From the IMG/VR virus record IMGVR_UViG_3300022689_000178, positions 1 through 64,000 of that record: a DNA stretch of 64,000 nucleotides; one strand, written 5' to 3'. Each line of letters starts with the position of its first letter. Within the stretch, counting starts at the first letter, position 1. The notes below the pieces were generated by a model. It worked only from the letters and a program-made list of their open reading frames with translations. It did not search any database and was not told the origin of the DNA. Of this stretch, positions 58,183 to 64,000 are shown piece by piece. The stretch is from a virus. The position numbers were made by a program, and so were the translations under genes.

Positions 58183-60375
58183 ATGAAAACAAAAATACTA
58201 CATACAAAATTAATTATTGACTCATTAGAAAATCAAATTATTGCTGAATATGGAGTTAATTCAAATGATTTAGATAAAATTGATATATCCGTTGATGATA
58301 TTTTTAATTTAGAAATCAATGGTATTAAAGTTAATCAACAAAATATTTTAGCAAAATATAATGAACGTGAAAAAAAACAAAACAATCAACAGGCACAACC
58401 AGAATATATAAAAAGTGGGAGTACAATAACTATTCCGGCTGATTTTGATAAAAAAATAAAAACAATACAAAAACAAAAAACAGACACAGAGTGGCAATTA
58501 AAACAATATGGTTCAGTTTCGGAATTTTTACCACAAAAAATAAAAGATTTATTAGAAGATCAAAAAAATAGACCTATTTATGATCAATCTGAATTTTTAT
58601 CTGGTTCAAGTAGAAATTTATCATTCGATGTAAAAAATATTTCTATTAGAATATTTGCAATATGTAAAAGTTTAAATGAAAAAGTAGTTAATATAAGTCC
58701 ATATATAATAACTTGTAATTGGAATACTACAATGGAAGGGGGTAATTTTTCATTAACAATAGCAAGTCCAACAGCCAGTTATGATAATCCTAAAACAAAT
58801 GCAATACTAACTAATAGGGCGCATTGGCAAAAAAATAATACTCAAACATATATAGCAAATAATGAATTAAATTTTCAATTTACAGATAGTGTTAATTATT
58901 CACAAGATGTCGATGGTCAAAATCGGAAAACTAACAGATATAAAAATTTTTATTTTGAGAAAATATTGCAATGTAATGATATTGTATTTATACGTGGTGA
59001 ACGTATGTTAAACGAAGAAATTGAGAATACCGAAAATATTGATATATTAGAATATTGTGAACCAAAAGATTTAAAAGGGCGTGTTTGGGATATGATTGGA
59101 TTAATTGATACAATTACAATTAGTCAAAATAATGCTGCCGGTGTTGTTACAATAAATGTAACTGGAAGAGATTTAATGAAAATATTAATTGAAGATAATC
59201 AATTGATATATCCAGAACTAATTAAATCAGATGGCACTACCGATATTGAAGCATTTTTACCCAATAAAATAATCAATTCACAAAACATGAAACAATCACA
59301 GGTATATAAACGATTGTTAGGTGAAATAATGGATATTACATTACAAACAAAACAAACAGTCAATAGATTAATTAATTATATTTTTGATGTGATGGCTAAT
59401 ATTCAAGTTACATATAAACCAGAAACATTAAAAGCATTTGAAGAAGATCAAATATTTGTTTCTTATAATGAAAGACAAAATATATCAAAACGTATTGGAA
59501 TATGGAATTTACATGAAGTATTCATAGATGAAAGTGTGAAAAATAGATATGTACAAGATAGTTCAATTGGTACGGCGGGGGGTAATATACTTTCATTTAT
59601 AAAAAAAGTATGTATGCCACCATTAGTTGAATTTTATACAGATACGTATAATGATAGATTTTATTGGATAGTAAGACAAACTCCGCATGATTACAAAAGT
59701 TATAAAGAAAATTTAAATTATGAATTTCAAACAATTACTGATAAACAGGTATTAAATTTTGATATAAATATGAGTGGTGAAGATTTTTATTCTTTGTATA
59801 AATTTGATCCAAAAACATATATTTTCGGAGATGAGGATGAGGCTATTTATAAATTTCCTGCTGTATTTTTTAAAGAAATTGCAGAAATATACGGTATACG
59901 CTCATTAGAAATACCAAGCGATTACATGATAAATGATGACCAAATTGCAAATTCAGAAAAACAAGCTATAAATGATTTACGTTACTTAATAGAAACATAT
60001 TTATATAAACCATTTACCCGAAAAGGTTCTATAACACTAACAGGTGATAGGAGATTCAAAAAAGGAATGAATTGTTATTTTGAGGCTACTGATGAAATGT
60101 TTTATATTACAGGTGTATCTAATCAATACAATATATCAAATTCAGAAACAAGTAGAGTAACGGTTTTAAATGTTGAACGTGGTATGATAATAAAACATTA
60201 TGATAAATATTTTAATATTGTAGATTTTTCCGGTAACCCGGCCAATAATCCTATTACTAAAAAACAACAAAAAGAATGGAAAATAAATACACCGATTTGG
60301 GAATTTTTTCTGCAAAAAAAACAATTTGATCCAATAAATTTATATAATGATTTACCATTACCAAATAAAAAATAA
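58183..60375 (+). CDS. baseplate hub protein
   Basis: GLID...VTGRD..K, EFY.D, GSITLTGDRR.K.G..FYITGV. Confidence 0.7.
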   Translation: MKTKILHTKLIIDSLENQIIAEYGVNSNDLDKIDISVDDIFNLEINGIKVNQQNILAKYNEREKKQNNQQAQPEYIKSGSTITIPADFDKKIKTIQKQKTDTEWQLKQYGSVSEFLPQKIKDLLEDQKNRPIYDQSEFLSGSSRNLSFDVKNISIRIFAICKSLNEKVVNISPYIITCNWNTTMEGGNFSLTIASPTASYDNPKTNAILTNRAHWQKNNTQTYIANNELNFQFTDSVNYSQDVDGQNRKTNRYKNFYFEKILQCNDIVFIRGERMLNEEIENTENIDILEYCEPKDLKGRVWDMIGLIDTITISQNNAAGVVTINVTGRDLMKILIEDNQLIYPELIKSDGTTDIEAFLPNKIINSQNMKQSQVYKRLLGEIMDITLQTKQTVNRLINYIFDVMANIQVTYKPETLKAFEEDQIFVSYNERQNISKRIGIWNLHEVFIDESVKNRYVQDSSIGTAGGNILSFIKKVCMPPLVEFYTDTYNDRFYWIVRQTPHDYKSYKENLNYEFQTITDKQVLNFDINMSGEDFYSLYKFDPKTYIFGDEDEAIYKFPAVFFKEIAEIYGIRSLEIPSDYMINDDQIANSEKQAINDLRYLIETYLYKPFTRKGSITLTGDRRFKKGMNCYFEATDEMFYITGVSNQYNISNSETSRVTVLNVERGMIIKHYDKYFNIVDFSGNPANNPITKKQQKEWKINTPIWEFFLQKKQFDPINLYNDLPLPNKK

Positions 60376-60378
60376 ATT

Positions 60379-60684
60379 ATGTTTGCTCAAGTAAAAATAA
60401 TATTAAATTACAGGGAAATAGATGATGCCAGAGAACAAAAAGAAATCAATAATATTAATATAACAATACCAAAACCATTATACGATTATGATGATTTTTA
60501 TTTTAATATCATAGATGTTCATTCATTCCGAATAAACGAAAAAAGAAAAGAAATTATTATAAAAATGAATAATAATGATATTCATATATGTAAATATAAT
60601 AAACAATTAAAAAATTCATTAATTGAATTTTTTAAAAAAAATGATCCGGTTGTAATAAATGAAATCAAACTAAATGGAAACTAA
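60379..60684 (+). CDS. hypothetical protein
   Basis: 101-aa ORF. Confidence 0.6.
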   Translation: MFAQVKIILNYREIDDAREQKEINNINITIPKPLYDYDDFYFNIIDVHSFRINEKRKEIIIKMNNNDIHICKYNKQLKNSLIEFFKKNDPVVINEIKLNGN

Positions 60685-61580
60685 TGAATACGTATGAATC
60701 ATATATAGTAATACCAAAAAATGTAGATAGAAATGATTTTGTTAAACGTTGTTTAAATAACAATGAAGTAGCGATCGGAAATCCGTATGGTTCATATCGT
60801 ATTGCAAAAGATGCTGCAAGCATGGTTAATGATAATGATGGTATTATATCTACATTGGATTTTCCGGCCACATATAAAGAAATTGGTTCAAAAGTTATTG
60901 TTTTAGAATTACCATATTTCAAAATTCCGCTTGTATTTTTAACCGGAAATGTAAAAAATCGATTTACTGCAAGTGAAGAAAAACAAATTAAATTATTTAA
61001 GCAAGGTGATGACAATAATAATGGATTAATTGATATACGTGGCTTAAAAGGTATAATGGATTTGTCAGTATTATCCAATGTGGAAAATGGAGGTAAAATT
61101 AATATTGAGGCAATAAATAATAATAAAGATATTGATAGTGAAATTAAAATAAAAGCAAATGTAGTTAATCATATTGTAACAATACTAAATACAACAGTAG
61201 AAAATTATTATTCATTAATAATTCGGAATAGTGAAAAAAAAGATGGATTCATGGAGTTGAAATATGAATTGGAAACCGGATTATCTTTTATAGATGAATT
61301 TAATAATCAAATTATTCAGATTGAGGATTATTTACAATTATTGCATCAAAAAAAAATAATATTTGGAGATGGAAATGAACCTTTATTATTAGGTGATACA
61401 ACGGTAGATTTTATGAAAGACTTTTTAGAAACAATTAGAGACACTTATGCGGCTTGTACTGTTCCAACTGCTTTAGGTTTATCCGGAACTCCGGTAAATG
61501 CTCCTACTTTTGTAACGAAAATAAATGATTTATTAGCACAAATTAATGAAATTAAATCACAATATACATTTACAGACTGA
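60684..61580 (+). CDS. baseplate central spike (gpV/gp5-like)
   Basis: EPLLLGD...TVPTALGLSGTPVN C-terminus. Confidence 0.7.
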   Translation: MNTYESYIVIPKNVDRNDFVKRCLNNNEVAIGNPYGSYRIAKDAASMVNDNDGIISTLDFPATYKEIGSKVIVLELPYFKIPLVFLTGNVKNRFTASEEKQIKLFKQGDDNNNGLIDIRGLKGIMDLSVLSNVENGGKINIEAINNNKDIDSEIKIKANVVNHIVTILNTTVENYYSLIIRNSEKKDGFMELKYELETGLSFIDEFNNQIIQIEDYLQLLHQKKIIFGDGNEPLLLGDTTVDFMKDFLETIRDTYAACTVPTALGLSGTPVNAPTFVTKINDLLAQINEIKSQYTFTD

Positions 61581-62047
61581 TGCCATTAGATTTTAAAAAA
61601 ACAAAAATAGAATTAAGAAAATTTATGGATAATGAATATGAAAATTTTGTAGATTATCCAAGATCGGATGAAGAGGCAGCCGAAAAATGGGCTAATGCTG
61701 TAAATGAAGGCGCAAAAGGTGTTATACCAATTTCATTAAATAGTGAAATAGCAAAAGAATCTTTTTATACAGCATTATTAGCTGCAATAAAAAGTAAAAC
61801 AGTTTTAACGTTATTTCCAAGTATTTTTCAAATATATGCAGTACAATTGGCGGCGGGTATGACAACACCGGATAAAACAGGAAATCCACCACCAGTAGCA
61901 ATTGTTTTTATGCCTGTATATATTTTAGGTTTTGCAGGTGCAAAACAAATAGATTGTATTAATGCAATGATTCCGATCATAGATACATGGTTTAAAACTG
62001 GCTTTGTGGTTAATAATAGTACGGGTGTAACTATAATATGGCAATAA
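61580..62047 (+). CDS. baseplate-associated protein
   Basis: 155 aa; position. Confidence 0.55.
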   Translation: MPLDFKKTKIELRKFMDNEYENFVDYPRSDEEAAEKWANAVNEGAKGVIPISLNSEIAKESFYTALLAAIKSKTVLTLFPSIFQIYAVQLAAGMTTPDKTGNPPPVAIVFMPVYILGFAGAKQIDCINAMIPIIDTWFKTGFVVNNSTGVTIIWQ

Positions 62048-62060
62048 AATAAATAATAAT

Positions 62061-62777
62061 ATGGCAACAATAATACAACAAGCGGAAGATACAAGGCAAG
62101 CTTTATATAATGTTGGAGAGGCATTTGCACATGCTTTGTTTCCAAACCAGTTTGAATATTACTTTTTTGCATTTGAATTGGAGGATGATAAACAAGTTAC
62201 GGATAGATTTATTTTTCCTATTTCACCTAAAAGTATAAGTATATCTGAATCAAAAATTGCAAATGTTCAAAAAACAAGTGGAGGTGTGGTAAATTTATTT
62301 AATACAAGTTACAATCCTTTAACTATTACAATACAAGGTAATTTCGGAAGAGACTTTAAGTTATTTTATGCAAACAAAAAAAATGCAGATACTAACTTAA
62401 TTTCAAATGAAAGTGAGTCAACATGGGTAGATATATTTAATTTTATTAAACCGTTTGTAAATGAATTTTTATATACAGGTTTTGGCGCTTTTAATGAATT
62501 AAAAAGAATCATTAGAAAAAGTACACAATTAACTCCGACCGGTAAACCTTACAAATTAATATTTTATAATTTAGCTTTTTCGGAAATATATTTAGTTCAA
62601 ATATTGAATTTTAATCCTACTATGACAAATGAAAATAATTATATACATGAATTTTCATTAAGCATGCAGGCAATTTCATATTATAATTTTTATGATGCCA
62701 TAACTGAAAAATATAATAATTTATCTAATAGTATTAAATCAGTAGCTACACGGCTAAAAACTGCAATAAATAGTTAA
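62061..62777 (+). CDS. tail-tube initiator-like baseplate protein
   Basis: FIFPISP.SI, KTSGG, ITIQGNFG, LIFYN. Confidence 0.65.
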   Translation: MATIIQQAEDTRQALYNVGEAFAHALFPNQFEYYFFAFELEDDKQVTDRFIFPISPKSISISESKIANVQKTSGGVVNLFNTSYNPLTITIQGNFGRDFKLFYANKKNADTNLISNESESTWVDIFNFIKPFVNEFLYTGFGAFNELKRIIRKSTQLTPTGKPYKLIFYNLAFSEIYLVQILNFNPTMTNENNYIHEFSLSMQAISYYNFYDAITEKYNNLSNSIKSVATRLKTAINS

Positions 62778-62780
62778 GAT

Positions 62781-63695
62781 ATGTTAGCAAATGAGACAAT
62801 AGAAACATTTAAGAAATTTATAAATTTTGACATTGAAAGTTATTTTAATGACTTTATAAATTTCAATGAATCAGAATTAATAAAATTAGAATCTTTTTAT
62901 TTAGGAAAAAGTGAAACAAAAGATACTAAGGCACAAACTGAATTAAATAGATTGTTGAAATTAGGTATTGAATTAGATACATTATGTCAACAAAAATTAC
63001 ATAACTTTGAAAGAGGTGATTATGTGAATTTAATGGAATATATTGATGAGGTTTTTTATACTTTAAAAAAAATAAATTTATTGTCAGTATTTTTACGCTC
63101 TGTATTAACTGAAAAAATGCAAAGTAGTACAATTGTTTCGGATAGATTTGTTCGGAATTATGAAACTCCGGAAAAAGTGGTTGAAAAAGAACAAAATGAT
63201 TGGATGGATAGCTGGGTAGATATTTACATTAAAAATCGTAAATTAGAAACTGACTATAAAGTAAATGAAGGTTACTATATTCAATTAAATAAGTCAATAT
63301 TTACAAACTTTAATCTAAATTCAGTCATTGATAATTTAATAGGTGAAAATTTATATGGTAAGGATATTCGTAAAAATATTGATATTGAAAATAATGATTT
63401 TATTACTTTAAATGGAAAGGAAACATTATTACAATCAGTTGAGATATTATCAAATTTAAAACGTGGGGATATTCCACAATATCCAAATATTGGTATTGAT
63501 GAGACATTATTGAAAGGTAATTTTGAGATAAATTTTCCTTTAATTGTCCGGTCTAAACAAAAAGATTTTTCAATAGATGATACATTATTGGGATTTTCAA
63601 TAACTGATATACAAAAACAAAATGGTCAATTAAAAATCACATTTGAAGTTCAATCATTTTATTCTACGATAGTTAACGAAGAAGTGGTTTTATAA
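62781..63695 (+). CDS. baseplate protein with C-terminal gp25-like wedge domain
   Basis: LLQSVEIL..KRGDIPQYPNIG. Confidence 0.65.
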   Translation: MLANETIETFKKFINFDIESYFNDFINFNESELIKLESFYLGKSETKDTKAQTELNRLLKLGIELDTLCQQKLHNFERGDYVNLMEYIDEVFYTLKKINLLSVFLRSVLTEKMQSSTIVSDRFVRNYETPEKVVEKEQNDWMDSWVDIYIKNRKLETDYKVNEGYYIQLNKSIFTNFNLNSVIDNLIGENLYGKDIRKNIDIENNDFITLNGKETLLQSVEILSNLKRGDIPQYPNIGIDETLLKGNFEINFPLIVRSKQKDFSIDDTLLGFSITDIQKQNGQLKITFEVQSFYSTIVNEEVVL

Positions 63696-63724
63696 TTTGT
63701 CATAGTTTTATATTTTAATTAATA

Positions 63725-63753
63725 AAAGCTGTATTTATGTTACGGCTTTTTTT
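63725..63753 (+). terminator. intrinsic terminator
   Basis: AAAAGCTGTA...TACGGCTTTTTTT. Confidence 0.75.
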
Positions 63754-63822
63754 GTGATAAATAGCATATTATATTTTACATTTTCAATGTGCAATAAATG
63801 TTAAACTTAAATTGTACTAAAA

Positions 63823-63972
63823 ATGAGAACTACAACGATTTATTTTAATGATTGCACGACTATTAGTATGAGTGCTAATAGTAAATATAAAAGCAAAATA
63901 TTGGATTTTCTATTGCGGTTATATAAAGGGCGGGTAAAAAAAGTGGAAAATAATTGCAGTAATAAGAAATAA
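63823..63972 (+). CDS. 49-aa hypothetical protein
   Basis: MRTTTIYFNDC...NKK after an A-rich leader. Confidence 0.45.
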   Translation: MRTTTIYFNDCTTISMSANSKYKSKILDFLLRLYKGRVKKVENNCSNKK

Positions 63973-64000
63973 TTATTTACATAAAAGGGAACAAAATTAA

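Noticed and set aside
1763-63132. Many minus-strand and nested ORFs in the track (e.g. 37805..38380, 39046..39609, 45223..45669, 17726..18064)
   Set aside because: They are antisense shadows of well-supported plus-strand genes, with low-complexity F/L/I/S composition and no promoter.
1-64000. Stop-codon reassignment
   Set aside because: Long ORFs tile the window in the standard code, and TAA, TAG and TGA all end genes at sensible boundaries.
1-64000. Integrase, reverse transcriptase/DGR, tRNA, rRNA, endolysin or complete DNA polymerase
   Set aside because: No recognisable motifs found by eye; they may lie outside the window.

Overview
A 64-kb piece of a very AT-rich dsDNA phage with a contractile tail (myovirus). 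The host is probably Bacteroidota, judged from TAnnTTTG promoters and A/T-rich leaders without Shine-Dalgarno sequences. Gene order: baseplate/tail genes (1-5.8 kb); a replication, DNA-modification and regulation block (5.9-24.8 kb) with a Crp/Fnr regulator, four amino-DNA methyltransferases, primase-helicase, exonuclease, SSB, radical SAM enzyme and a sigma-like factor; packaging and head genes (25-47.4 kb) interrupted by an accessory island (33.7-37.4 kb); then neck, sheath, tube, tape-measure and baseplate genes (47.5-63.7 kb). Main observations: (1) an integron-like gene-cassette array at ~17.0-19.76 kb, plus a remnant at ~9.0 kb carrying a broken Mom-like gene; its hairpin sites (YAACG...TGTTA) differ from canonical attC and no integrase is present in the window; (2) a candidate phage Crp/Fnr regulon, TGAY-N4-RTCA-N23-TAnnWTTG, at five promoters, interlocked with a repeated late-promoter motif CAGTAATATT; (3) strong CCGG enrichment in core genes but not in the foreign modules; (4) a 1598-aa SF2 helicase protein among the head genes; (5) several degenerate enzyme homologues; (6) 3' UTR and hairpin-loop sequences complementary to translation starts. 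All product calls come from motif recognition and gene order by eye; no database search was run.
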